A stretch of DNA of 32,000 nt, from the NCBI GenBank assembly GCA_016699935.1, contig CP064992.1, positions 990,001 through 1,022,000 on the forward strand. Reading direction: 5' to 3'. The notes below the pieces were generated by a model. It did no database searches, was not told the origin of the DNA, and saw only the letters and a program-made list of their open reading frames with translations. A program made the position numbers and the translations under genes. The stretch's first letter is position 1; each line of letters opens with the position of its first letter. This stretch comes from Candidatus Saccharimonadota bacterium. Its GTDB lineage: Bacteria; Patescibacteriota; Saccharimonadia; Saccharimonadales; UBA4665. Shown piece by piece: positions 7,834 through 16,772 of the stretch.

Positions 7834-10800
7834 CTATTCAGTAACTACGAAACTTGAATCAACAAAGTGCATATTATCTAGTTCGGTCTTTGTTTCTGGC
7901 AATGTGTAAACAATGACATTATTGCCGAAGAAGTCTTTGATCGTATCTCCATCATTGGCAAACAATTTGTTTTCTCTCATCATCTTGGCTTCAGCGTATC
8001 CGACATACATAGGGTAGTATGTTGTATCACCGATTATTGCAGGTACCGTAGATTTTATATCGTCTTTGAGCTTCTCGGGTACCAGGCCTTCTATGAAGTA
8101 GAACATCTTGGTAGTGCCATTGGTTTCATCGACAACTTGTAAGCGGGCGGCATTTTCAATATCCTTAAATGAATTTGGTGACAAGAAATGATATGAATCC
8201 GCAAGGGTGCCAGTTGGTTTCAATATGCCCCGCACGGTGACATTTTTTGCCCCGAACAAGTCTGGCAGTACATCTCCAACATTCTTGAACAGACCTTCTT
8301 CTTTCATCATCTTCGCTTCACTGCTTCCTATGACGACGCTTTGCCCCGTCAACTCACTTGTTCCACTTTCTACCTGAAATGAGCCAGGCAGTGACGACAC
8401 CGACGCAAACAGCTTAGGCGTTTCGTTTTCGGTGAAGGCAACGACATTTTCGCTACTGGCAATAGTGTCATTTATAGACTTTTGACTTTCGATTGACACG
8501 GTTGCGCTATTAGCTGACATTGCCCCTTGTGCATCCATCTCAGAACTCAGTTTCGCAAACGATATAAACAAGGCAGTGAACAGCACGGCCATTACTATAG
8601 GAGCGACGGCTGAGATCCAATTTCGTTTACCTGGTCGATAGGTACGCAATGTTAACGAGTTTGTAACCACCGATATCGAGCTAAGCGCCATTGCAATTCC
8701 AGCGAGCTCGGGTCTCAATACTAGCCCCGCAAATGCAAATACTCGGGCGGCTATAGGTATACCAACAACGTTGTAGAACAAGGCGAAGAACAAATTCTGA
8801 CGAATTTTGCTAACTGTCGCCTTAGAGATCTGGATCGCCTCTGCCACATCGCGCAGGTCGTTTTTGATGATGACAATGCCGCCAGCTTCCATGGCGACAT
8901 CAGTGCCATTCCCCATAGCTATACCCAGATCAGCTTGTGCAAGTGCAGGCGCATCGTTTATGCCATCACCTACCATCGCAACAACTTTACCGCCCTGCTG
9001 AATACGCACAATATTTGTAGCCTTGTCCTCTGGCAACACTTCAGCAAGTACATTGGTTATGCCTACTTGAGCAGCAATAGCCTGTGCGGTTCGTTTATTA
9101 TCTCCCGTAATCATCCAAGTCTCTATGTCTCGAGCATGAAGAGCGTCAATAGCCGCTTTAGAGGTCTCTTTGACTGTGTCCGCAACGGCAATTACACCTA
9201 CGATTTCAGTCTCCGTAGCGAGGATCATTGCGGTCTTCCCCCCAGTCTCAAGCCGTTCAATTTTTTTCTCAAGACGATCCAGCGCTAGCCCGAGCTTTTC
9301 GGTCACCAGTCGACGATTGCCAAAATAGTACCATTTATCATGTAGTTTCGCTTTAACCCCATGGCCAGGGATAGCCTCGAACCCGTTTGTTTCAATTAGC
9401 GTTACGCCTTCTTCTTCTGTGTGACGGTAAATCGCTTCGGCAAGCGGGTGCTCGCTGGCTTTCTCTATGCTGGCAGCAATCTGAAGCACGTCATCCTCGT
9501 CAAATGCGCCCAATGCAATGATGTCTGTTACTTCTGGCTTACCGTTTGTGAGCGTACCTGTTTTGTCAAAAACTATGGTGTTAACCTTACAGGCAATTTC
9601 TAATGGTTCTCCACCTTTGATAAGAATGCCATTCTCAGCAGCCTTACCTGTACCCACCATCAGGGCTGTTGGTGTAGCTAATCCCAGCGCACATGGACAC
9701 GCGATGACTATTACTGCAGTAAACGCCATGATTGCATAGGCGAATGTTGCTCCGAGCAGAAAATACCACACGACGAAAGTCAGAATGGCTATGCCGATGA
9801 CTGCCGGGACAAACCACGATGAGATACGGTCTGCAAAGCCCTGAATCGGCGCCTTGGAGCCCTGCGCATCTTCGATGAGGCGAATGATACGAGACAGGGT
9901 AGTTTCGCTTCCGACACGGGTTGCTGTGAATTCAAAACTTCCAGTTTTATTGATCGTTGCCCCAACGACAGTATTTCCAACTATTTTTTCAACGGGTAAA
10001 CTTTCACCAGTTATCATGGATTCGTCAACCGCAGATGTACCTTTACTGATCACGCCATCTACCGGAACTTTTTCACCAGGACGAACAAGAATCGTCTCGC
10101 CATTTACTACTTGGTCAATGGGTATATCGATGGTCACGCCGTCACGTATAACACGCGCGGTTTTGGCCTGCATCCCCATCAACTTTTTGATGGCATCAGA
10201 TGTTCTATTTTTAGCACGGGCCTCAAGCCACTTTCCCAAGATAACAAACGTGATCAGAAATGCAGCGGTTTCAAAATACTGCTCGGGAATCTTTTCACCA
10301 TTCAGTCCTATCAGTGACTGGTTTGTCACTGCATAGATAATGAAGTAGATTAAGCTATAGAAAAATGCTGTCGATGTACCAATAGCAATAAGACTATCCA
10401 TGTTAAATGTCTTCATCTTGAAGCCAGACCACATTCCTTTATAGAATCCGGCACCGATAATGAACTGGATAGGAAGCGTCAAGATAAGTGATACGATAGC
10501 AAAATAGGGTGGCAGTGTCTGGCCACCAGGCAAAGCCGGAAAGAAATCCAGCAACATGAAGTAGAGCATGGGCAAACTCAGCACCATACTAATGAGAAAC
10601 TTATTGCGAAGGCTGGTTATAGCATGTGCTCGGTTCATCTTCTCTTTTGCTTCTGCTTCTTCGCTGTCGAGCATTTCGGCGCGATACCCAGCCTTTTTAA
10701 CCGCGTCGAGAAGCGCAACGGGCTGCACAGAACCATCCGTATTTACGAGTGCCTTCTCAGCAGCAAAATTGACATTCGCCTTGGAAACACCGGGTACTTT

Positions 10801-11436
10801 AGACAGTTGCTTTTCAATAATACCCGCACACGACGAGCAGTGCATGCCATAAATTGCCAATCTTGATGTCGCAGATCCTTGCGAAACTGGTTGAGGAAGT
10901 TGGATGGGTGCTGATGGTTGTGGCGCACTATCAGCTTTATTTTTTGGCATAAAGATGGATGATAGGGCCTGCACGATGCTGGTTGCAGCCACCGCTTGTT
11001 TTGACGGTGTATTCTCGTCAATATCGTGATCTTTTCCATCTATGGTAATTGATTTCGTGTCGCTCATTTTACCGATAAATACTGGTTTTCCGTTTGAATC
11101 AAGGGAAACAGTGCCATCGGCAACAGTTTGCAGTTCAACTTTCACATGCTGTGGATGCTTCGCCGGTATGTCGATAGTTTCGCTAGCTGATGAATCTGAA
11201 GGGCTCGCCGACAGCGATTTGCCACTAACTATAGAGGCGTCGTACCCCGCAGTTTTTACTGCAGAAAGTATACCGTCTTCATTTACGACTTTCTCGTCAA
11301 ACATTACTTCGCCACCCTTATCTGTGGTAGTTATGGTGGAGTGGTGAATTCCAGGTAAGTCTTCTAGTTCCGATGCGATGAGCTTTTCGCAGGACTCACA
11401 GTGCATCTTAGGAACTGATAGCTGTATTGTTTTCAT
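7834..11436 (-). CDS. copA: copper-translocating P1B-type ATPase with two N-terminal HMA domains, an extra C-terminal TM helix and a 237-aa repeat-containing tail
   Basis: MHCESC and MHCSSC HMA motifs, [37 protein letters not shown]. Single uninterrupted 1200-aa ORF. RBS GAGGAT lies upstream of the ATG. Confidence 0.95.
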   Translation of the reverse strand: MKTIQLSVPKMHCESCEKLIASELEDLPGIHHSTITTTDKGGEVMFDEKVVNEDGILSAVKTAGYDASIVSGKSLSASPSDSSASETIDIPAKHPQHVKVELQTVADGTVSLDSNGKPVFIGKMSDTKSITIDGKDHDIDENTPSKQAVAATSIVQALSSIFMPKNKADSAPQPSAPIQLPQPVSQGSATSRLAIYGMHCSSCAGIIEKQLSKVPGVSKANVNFAAEKALVNTDGSVQPVALLDAVKKAGYRAEMLDSEEAEAKEKMNRAHAITSLRNKFLISMVLSLPMLYFMLLDFFPALPGGQTLPPYFAIVSLILTLPIQFIIGAGFYKGMWSGFKMKTFNMDSLIAIGTSTAFFYSLIYFIIYAVTNQSLIGLNGEKIPEQYFETAAFLITFVILGKWLEARAKNRTSDAIKKLMGMQAKTARVIRDGVTIDIPIDQVVNGETILVRPGEKVPVDGVISKGTSAVDESMITGESLPVEKIVGNTVVGATINKTGSFEFTATRVGSETTLSRIIRLIEDAQGSKAPIQGFADRISSWFVPAVIGIAILTFVVWYFLLGATFAYAIMAFTAVIVIACPCALGLATPTALMVGTGKAAENGILIKGGEPLEIACKVNTIVFDKTGTLTNGKPEVTDIIALGAFDEDDVLQIAASIEKASEHPLAEAIYRHTEEEGVTLIETNGFEAIPGHGVKAKLHDKWYYFGNRRLVTEKLGLALDRLEKKIERLETGGKTAMILATETEIVGVIAVADTVKETSKAAIDALHARDIETWMITGDNKRTAQAIAAQVGITNVLAEVLPEDKATNIVRIQQGGKVVAMVGDGINDAPALAQADLGIAMGNGTDVAMEAGGIVIIKNDLRDVAEAIQISKATVSKIRQNLFFALFYNVVGIPIAARVFAFAGLVLRPELAGIAMALSSISVVTNSLTLRTYRPGKRNWISAVAPIVMAVLFTALFISFAKLSSEMDAQGAMSANSATVSIESQKSINDTIASSENVVAFTENETPKLFASVSSLPGSFQVESGTSELTGQSVVIGSSEAKMMKEEGLFKNVGDVLPDLFGAKNVTVRGILKPTGTLADSYHFLSPNSFKDIENAARLQVVDETNGTTKMFYFIEGLVPEKLKDDIKSTVPAIIGDTTYYPMYVGYAEAKMMRENKLFANDGDTIKDFFGNNVIVYTLPETKTELDNMHFVDSSFVVTE

Positions 11437-11438
11437 AA

Positions 11439-11648
11439 TTATTTATCCTCAGCTCGGTAGCTGCTATCACCAAAAGCAGTGTTAATTTCTTGGGCGGTGA
11501 TAGGTCGTTCGGCCTGAACATTTGCTGTTTTGGTTTCTAGATCTACCTGTGCATCAAGCACGCCGTTAATATTCTTTATTCGTTTTGTCGTCAGTTTCGC
11601 GCATGCCTCGCATGTCATGCCACTGATAGTAAATGTTTGACTCGTCAT
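11439..11648 (-). CDS. copZ: copper chaperone, HMA domain
   Basis: 69 aa with a GMTCEAC metal-binding motif. Its stop is 2 nt before the copA ATG. Confidence 0.9.
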   Translation of the reverse strand: MTSQTFTISGMTCEACAKLTTKRIKNINGVLDAQVDLETKTANVQAERPITAQEINTAFGDSSYRAEDK

Positions 11649-11657
11649 ATTCGTCCT

Positions 11658-13002
11658 TTACTCCGTTACTGTTATTGAACCGCGAGGCACACCCATGGCA
11701 CACGCAATTGTATAGGTGCCTGGTTTTGTTGCGGTAAAAGTTAATTCTATCTTCTTACCCTTCTTCAAATACTGCGGGCTATCGTCGAGACCGATGATCA
11801 TGATCGTACTCATACAACCTTGGCCATCCTCTTTCACATCAACCACTAGGGTTGTTTTTTGTCCTGCCTTGGCGGTAAATGTGCTCGGGGCAATATCTTC
11901 TTTCAGTTTAAATGTCGTATTTAAGATTACTGAGCCTTCGGAGGACTCCTGCTGTACTGCCGTATTTACCATCGGCTTTGAGCTATCGAGGAATCGATTG
12001 AGACCAGCGAGAGTAAACCCGTTTGTGAAATTGATCAGTGCCATTGCGACAACGACCACTCCAACTATGCGAAAGAACCGCTGTGCAAATGCTCCCTTAA
12101 CTACTGACGTAAGACCACCTAGGGTTAATAGTCCCGGAGTTGTACCAATCGCAAATGCACCCATAATTACCGCTGCCTGCAATGGATTCCCCGTACTCAC
12201 GGCAAATAACTGCATGGCCTGTGTGAAACCACACGGCAGAAAGAAAGTGGCCGCTCCCATTAGAAACGCGTTTTTGTGGCTATACTCACGTTCTTTTCGA
12301 GTGTGTATGCTTTTTTTTGGCAAGGCCACTCGGCAGGGTGAGCCCACGCGTTATCCGCGGGAATATCTCTGTCAGTTGCAACCCGAGTACCAGCATGACA
12401 GCCCCGACGGCAATCGTGATAAGACCGAGCAATGTACCCTTGAGTGCAAACGCTGAGCCAATCGCGCCAATGAATGCACCGAATGCGATGAATGAGACTA
12501 TCCGACCAGCATTGAAAAATAAATGTGGACGGAATTTCTGTAACGCTGTCTCGGTTGGGTGGTTCTCGGCATATTTAGAAGCAACGCTTATGACAAGGCC
12601 GCCGATCAGAGCCATGCAGGTTGAGAACCCTGCAGTCAATCCTACCAAAAGTGCCATCGTCCCGGTGCTGCTATTACTGGTTGTAGAGGAGGTTAATTTA
12701 TCTATTCCAAATACCTGAAAGAGCACATATAGTCCCAGAACGACTATGATGCCAATCGCAAAATCTTTCCAAATTCGCTCGTTACGTGTGAAGAGAGGCT
12801 TTTGTTCACTTTCGTACCCAACTTCATATCCTGCAGCCTGCACGGCTCTCTCAATATCCTTATCTGATACTTGTTCCACGCTGATTATTGTTGCTGAGTT
12901 AGATTTGAGGCTTGCTCTAGCGGAAGTAACACTAGGGATTGATTCTAGCTCCTCAGCTATGAGTAGCTCACATGATGCGCAGTGCATGCCTTTGATTGGC
13001 AC
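11658..13002 (-). pseudogene. HMA domain - DsbD_2/TauE-SafE-like permease - cupredoxin-like domain fusion, frame broken in an A8 tract as sequenced
   Basis: ORF 12286-13002 carries GMHCASC, TM helices and GFSTCMALIGG. ORF 11658-12347 carries FFLPCGFTQAMQ, TM helices and a beta-rich C-terminus (KPGTYTIACAMGVPRGSITV). They join inside the T8 run (plus strand) at 12311-12318. The start (GTG 13002) is uncertain. Confidence 0.75.
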
Positions 13003-13170
13003 AGTTTTTCGAGGGCGTGCGATTGCGAATCGTCGTCTCGCTGCATGAGTCGATTCCTTCGAGATGATTTATGTTTTGTCATCGCTGACGCCTTGTACGA
13101 AGATTTATTTTTAATGATTCCATAGTAGTTCCTTCTTTGTAGTTAATAGATACAGTCAAAGAAGGTTGGT

Positions 13171-13530
13171 CTAAATACGCAGATTTTCAGTCAGAATTAC
13201 TATGTCTGGCGGTCGGAATGACGATGAGGTAATTCGGTTCGTTTTCTGCTTTTTAGGTTCGGCATAGTCGGTAGAGATGCTCAAATAGTATGACGACTCT
13301 TGAGGAGCGCCGTCATCATCGTCATTTTTAAGTTGATCTATCTCTTTTGCTGTAGGCGGAGTAGGGGCTTGATGCTGATTCATGCAGCTGACAATATCTA
13401 CGTCTGAATGACCCATATCGTCCATTGATGACATAGCGAACGTCGGTGAGCCTGCAATGGCAGGTATGATAATAGAAATCGCAACTACGATGGGTAAAAG
13501 AAGTCGGTTAATGTGTAGTTTATTTAACAT
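13171..13530 (-). CDS. small secreted protein with a Met/His/Cys-rich N-terminal mature region and an acidic tract (function unknown)
   Basis: The signal-like MLNKLHINRLLLPIVVAISIIIPAIAGSPTFA is followed by MSSMDDMGHSDVDIVSCMNQHQ. An AGGA sequence lies 9-12 nt upstream of ATG 13530, so I prefer that start to the ORF-track start 13608. Confidence 0.5.
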   Translation of the reverse strand: MLNKLHINRLLLPIVVAISIIIPAIAGSPTFAMSSMDDMGHSDVDIVSCMNQHQAPTPPTAKEIDQLKNDDDDGAPQESSYYLSISTDYAEPKKQKTNRITSSSFRPPDIVILTENLRI

Positions 13531-13616
13531 AGTGTGCATCCTACTCACAAATATACTCCAAATAAATAACATATTCAATAGTGCGCATATATGTATATTA
13601 TGGTACACTTAGTGAC
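13531..13616. promoter_or_regulatory. divergent promoter/operator region between the two metal-homeostasis transcription units
   Basis: 86-bp AT-rich spacer with the palindromes CATATATG and TATT-C-AATA, and AATATAC/GTATATT inverted repeats. No operator is proven. Confidence 0.4.
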
Positions 13617-14111
13617 ATGAGCAGTGATATATTATCTATCCAAGAAGAAATCTTTAAACTTATTGGTAACCAGAAACGGCTTGAGATACTTCTTTTACTA
13701 GAAAACCGTAAGCTAAACGTTGGTGAGATGACTGACATGCTAGGTCTCCGACAGGCAAATCTCTCACAACATCTCACCCTTCTCCGCGCACAACATCTTG
13801 TTGAAGTACGAAAGAAAGGGCGTGAATCTTTTTATAGCCTTGCCGATGATAGTATCGCAGTCGCGATTCGAACAATCCATGACTTTCTTCGCAAGACCCA
13901 CCGTATTGATGCGCCTTTTGATAGCAATTCCTTGTTCCCAATTGTCACTGATCCAGTTTGCGGCATGCGATTCAGCGCTTCGAAAGCATTTTCGCATATT
14001 GATAAAAACGGTAAACAGTACCATTTTTGTGCGAGTGGCTGCGAGTCTTCCTTTAAGGCTAGCGTAAAACTAACTAATGAAGAGCAATTTGCTCAAACCA
14101 TTCACGCATAG
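13617..14111 (+). CDS. ArsR/SmtB-family metalloregulator fused to a C-terminal YHS/TRASH metal-binding domain
   Basis: The wHTH region reads KRLEILLLLENRKLNVGEMTDMLGLRQANLSQHLTLLRAQHLV. The C-terminal DPVCGM...YHFCASGC is a YHS/TRASH motif. ATG 13617 is preferred to GTG 13581. Confidence 0.85.
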   Translation: MSSDILSIQEEIFKLIGNQKRLEILLLLENRKLNVGEMTDMLGLRQANLSQHLTLLRAQHLVEVRKKGRESFYSLADDSIAVAIRTIHDFLRKTHRIDAPFDSNSLFPIVTDPVCGMRFSASKAFSHIDKNGKQYHFCASGCESSFKASVKLTNEEQFAQTIHA

Positions 14112-14120
14112 GAGGAAAAC

Positions 14121-14764
14121 ATGAAAAAACTCAATTTGTAGCCTTTGGGTTGATAATTATACTGTTGTTAGTTGTAATATTGCTTCTGAACAATAAATCA
14201 CAGAATATGTTGAACTCTTCTACTGAAACAGGTCAAAATTCTCAGTCAGGTAGTCAAACAGGCAGTATGTATGCCAGCATGACGGGCGATCAGTTCGACA
14301 AAGCATACCTAACTGATATGATTGCACATCATCAAGGCGCCCTCAACATGGCAAGCCAAGCCCGAGAGCTGGCAACAAAATCAGAAATTCGAACCCTAGC
14401 TGATGCGATACTTTCTTCTCAAGCTACTGAGGTTCAACAAATGATGGATTGGCAACAGGAATGGGAGTATTCAACAACTGATATCAGTAACCCGCATGCA
14501 GGCCATATGATGGAATCAAGCGGTAGTATGGGCGACGATATGGCCAATATGGAGGCAAAGCTAAACGGTTTGAGTGGCGAAGCCTACGACAAAGAATTTT
14601 TAAAACAGATGATTCTGCATCATCAACAAGCGGTTGATATGTCGAAATATGCAGATACAAACGCCAAGCATCAGGAAGTGAAAGATTTAGCACAAGCGGT
14701 CATTTCTGCACAAGAAAAAGAAATTGCTGACATGAAGAGTTGGCAACAAAAGTGGGGATTCTAA
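14121..14764 (+). CDS. DUF305 family protein (two HH-motif repeats), N-terminus displaced by a 1-nt frame problem
   Basis: FDKAYLTDMIAHHQGALNMA and YDKEFLKQMILHHQQAVDMS are DUF305 signatures. AGGAGG at 14110-14115 plus ATG 14121 is out of frame with ORF 14150-14764 unless the A6 run 14124-14129 is A7. Confidence 0.8.
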
Positions 14765-14770
14765 AGGCAT

Positions 14771-15412
14771 ATGCGCAAGGTGCTGGTGGGCGGGGCTTTA
14801 CTAATCCTAATTACTGGAGCCACTTATCTTACGCCCACCATTCAAGATTTCATTAGCAACAAACAGACACCTACTAAAGTTGCCACTAGCAAGACACAGG
14901 CGAAAGTAGCTGAGTCCAGAGACCCTCATGCTCATGATTTTAGCGACGTTGATTATGCCCAAAAGAAATTAATCCATCACCAATTAGGTGCCATGATTGC
15001 CGACAAAGCAAAAATTGATGCAACCAGGCCAGAAATACGACAACTAGCCGAGCAAGTAAGCTCACAGGAAACGGAACGAGCAAACGTCTATACGGCACTG
15101 CTCACTTCATGGGAAGAAAGCTACTTGAATATTACCGATTTCCCGGAAACAGGTGGCTGTAATGGTTACCCAACGTTTTCTGGCATGTTACCTCATCTTG
15201 ATGTTGGAAAATATCGGTTATCGAGCGGCGAAAGCGTAGACACAACATTTTTAGCCCTATTAATAGAGCATCATAAAAAAGCCACTGATCTAATGAAACT
15301 TGAAGGTGCAAAAATAGGGTATGGCGAGTTAGTTAAGCTGCGCGAGACTTCACAGGAAGATTACAAAGCAGAAATAAGCACCTTTGAAACGTTACAAAAA
15401 TCAATTCTATAG
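14771..15412 (+). CDS. DUF305-like protein, divergent paralog with N-terminal TM/signal
   Basis: DVDYAQKKLIHHQLGAMIA and VDTTFLALLIEHHKKATDLM repeats. N-terminus MRKVLVGGALLILITGATYL. Confidence 0.7.
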   Translation: MRKVLVGGALLILITGATYLTPTIQDFISNKQTPTKVATSKTQAKVAESRDPHAHDFSDVDYAQKKLIHHQLGAMIADKAKIDATRPEIRQLAEQVSSQETERANVYTALLTSWEESYLNITDFPETGGCNGYPTFSGMLPHLDVGKYRLSSGESVDTTFLALLIEHHKKATDLMKLEGAKIGYGELVKLRETSQEDYKAEISTFETLQKSIL

Positions 15413-15433
15413 CCATACCGTTGATTCATTTTA

Positions 15434-15907
15434 CTAATTAGGACATCTAATGTGCTTCTTCATTTGGCGGACTAGTGAGCTCGAAACCGATCGGCGCATT
15501 ATTTCGCAACTGTCACTTTGAGATAATATATTAAGGCTTCCTTCCCACAGAATCTCATTGTCAATGATAGCGATCTTCCGATGGTGTTTAACCGTATACA
15601 ACACCGTTATGCCGATGCTCTGCATATCCTGCACGGCTTTGTATGCCTGGTCGATATATTTGCCATCGTGTTCATTCGGAGGTCGCGTGTTTACTGTAAT
15701 TTGAATCCCTCTTTGTCGTGCTTGCCTCAATATGGGCAAAAGCATATCTATTCGCTTTGTTGTTATGAACGGGCTCTCAATATATATGTTTTGGTTTGCG
15801 CGCCGAAGATCTCCGATGAACGCTTTGTAGAATGTTTCGTTATCAAATAGTCGTGAAGTGCATAGCGCGGCTGTATCAAGGCTGTTGGAGAATAGTCGCT
15901 TAAACAT
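15434..15907 (-). CDS. phospholipase D-family (single HKD) Nuc-like nuclease
   Basis: HHRKIAIIDNEILWEGSLN matches HxK(x)4D(x)6GSxN. About 157 aa. ATG 15907 overlaps the upstream gene's stop (ATGTTTAA). Confidence 0.75.
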   Translation of the reverse strand: MFKRLFSNSLDTAALCTSRLFDNETFYKAFIGDLRRANQNIYIESPFITTKRIDMLLPILRQARQRGIQITVNTRPPNEHDGKYIDQAYKAVQDMQSIGITVLYTVKHHRKIAIIDNEILWEGSLNILSQSDSCEIMRRSVSSSLVRQMKKHIRCPN

Positions 15908-16184
15908 CGCTATTATCCACGTCCTCATCATCGTCATCTCGTTCGCCGACGCCTAGGCTATCTAGTCCGATCAAAGTTCTATAATCGTCCCTCATCCCCA
16001 GCCATGAAGTTTTACAGAGAAGATAGTGTCCGATTATTCTAGATATAGCGATGTAGATGCTTTTTAAATGTGGCAAAGACTCAGCTAGATGAGACAAGAG
16101 GAACATATTCCTCGTTTCTTCATCAACATGTCTTATCAGACGAGTTACTAAATAAGATAGGTTCAAGACTAGTTCAGAAGCCAT
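15900..16184 (-). CDS. hypothetical 94-aa protein with acidic C-terminal tail (GERDDDDEDVDNSDV)
   Basis: ORF translationally coupled to the PLD gene. I recognise no motif. Confidence 0.45.
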   Translation of the reverse strand: MASELVLNLSYLVTRLIRHVDEETRNMFLLSHLAESLPHLKSIYIAISRIIGHYLLCKTSWLGMRDDYRTLIGLDSLGVGERDDDDEDVDNSDV

Positions 16185-16361
16185 GTAGTGTGCTTCTAAC
16201 GGATGGAAGACAAGTATCTAAGACATTCACATATTTCTAAGTCATTTTCAAAAATCTGGGGGTATAAAATTTTTACACTAATTGCATTCTAACTAAGCAT
16301 GGGGTAAAATTTCGCATCATGAAGACTATGAAAAAAGTTATGCTTTTTTTGAGTAGCATTT

Positions 16362-16772
16362 TTGAGTTTAGTTGTGTTTCTTATTATTGCCAGCCTTGTT
16401 AATGGATTAAACGAAAATAAAACAAAAGAATTCTTCATTCAAAAATCCAAACTGGTATCACTACCAAGTGGCTGTACGGAAACCGGGCAATATTTCCAAG
16501 GTAATAGTTTAGACGTACAGGCAAGACTAAGTAAGCATTACTCCTGCAAAAATACCAAAGTGAAAGACGTTTGTGATGCGATTTTGCCGAAAATATCACG
16601 CGAAGAATTTACTATTCAGCCTGCTGAATGCTCGGAAGAGTTTAGCTTTAGCAAAAGTGGAGCCAGCGATGAAAGATACATAGTTACAGTTAGAATTCCA
16701 ACAAAAGATTATACTTCTACTTTGGACTTTAAAGAAGCTGAAATTGTGTATGTAATAATATCCAGAAGCTAA
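16362..16772 (+). CDS. hypothetical secreted/lipoprotein-like Cys-containing protein
   Basis: Hydrophobic N-terminus LSLVVFLIIASLVNG. A possible true start is ATG 16319 (MKTMKKVMLFLSSI), in another frame across the T5 run 16359-16363. Confidence 0.5.
   Translation: MSLVVFLIIASLVNGLNENKTKEFFIQKSKLVSLPSGCTETGQYFQGNSLDVQARLSKHYSCKNTKVKDVCDAILPKISREEFTIQPAECSEEFSFSKSGASDERYIVTVRIPTKDYTSTLDFKEAEIVYVIISRS

Noticed and set aside
11716-12456. A 246-aa plus-strand ORF, along with similar long ORFs at 9854-10336, 8935-9288, 2819-3331, 3837-4463, 12317-12718 and 30284-30751.
   Set aside because: They lie antisense or out of frame inside strongly supported genes (HMA-permease, copA, cyoB, cyoC, dnaX). 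Their composition is biased (Arg/Ser/Pro/Cys-rich) and they carry no recognisable motifs, so they are shadow ORFs.
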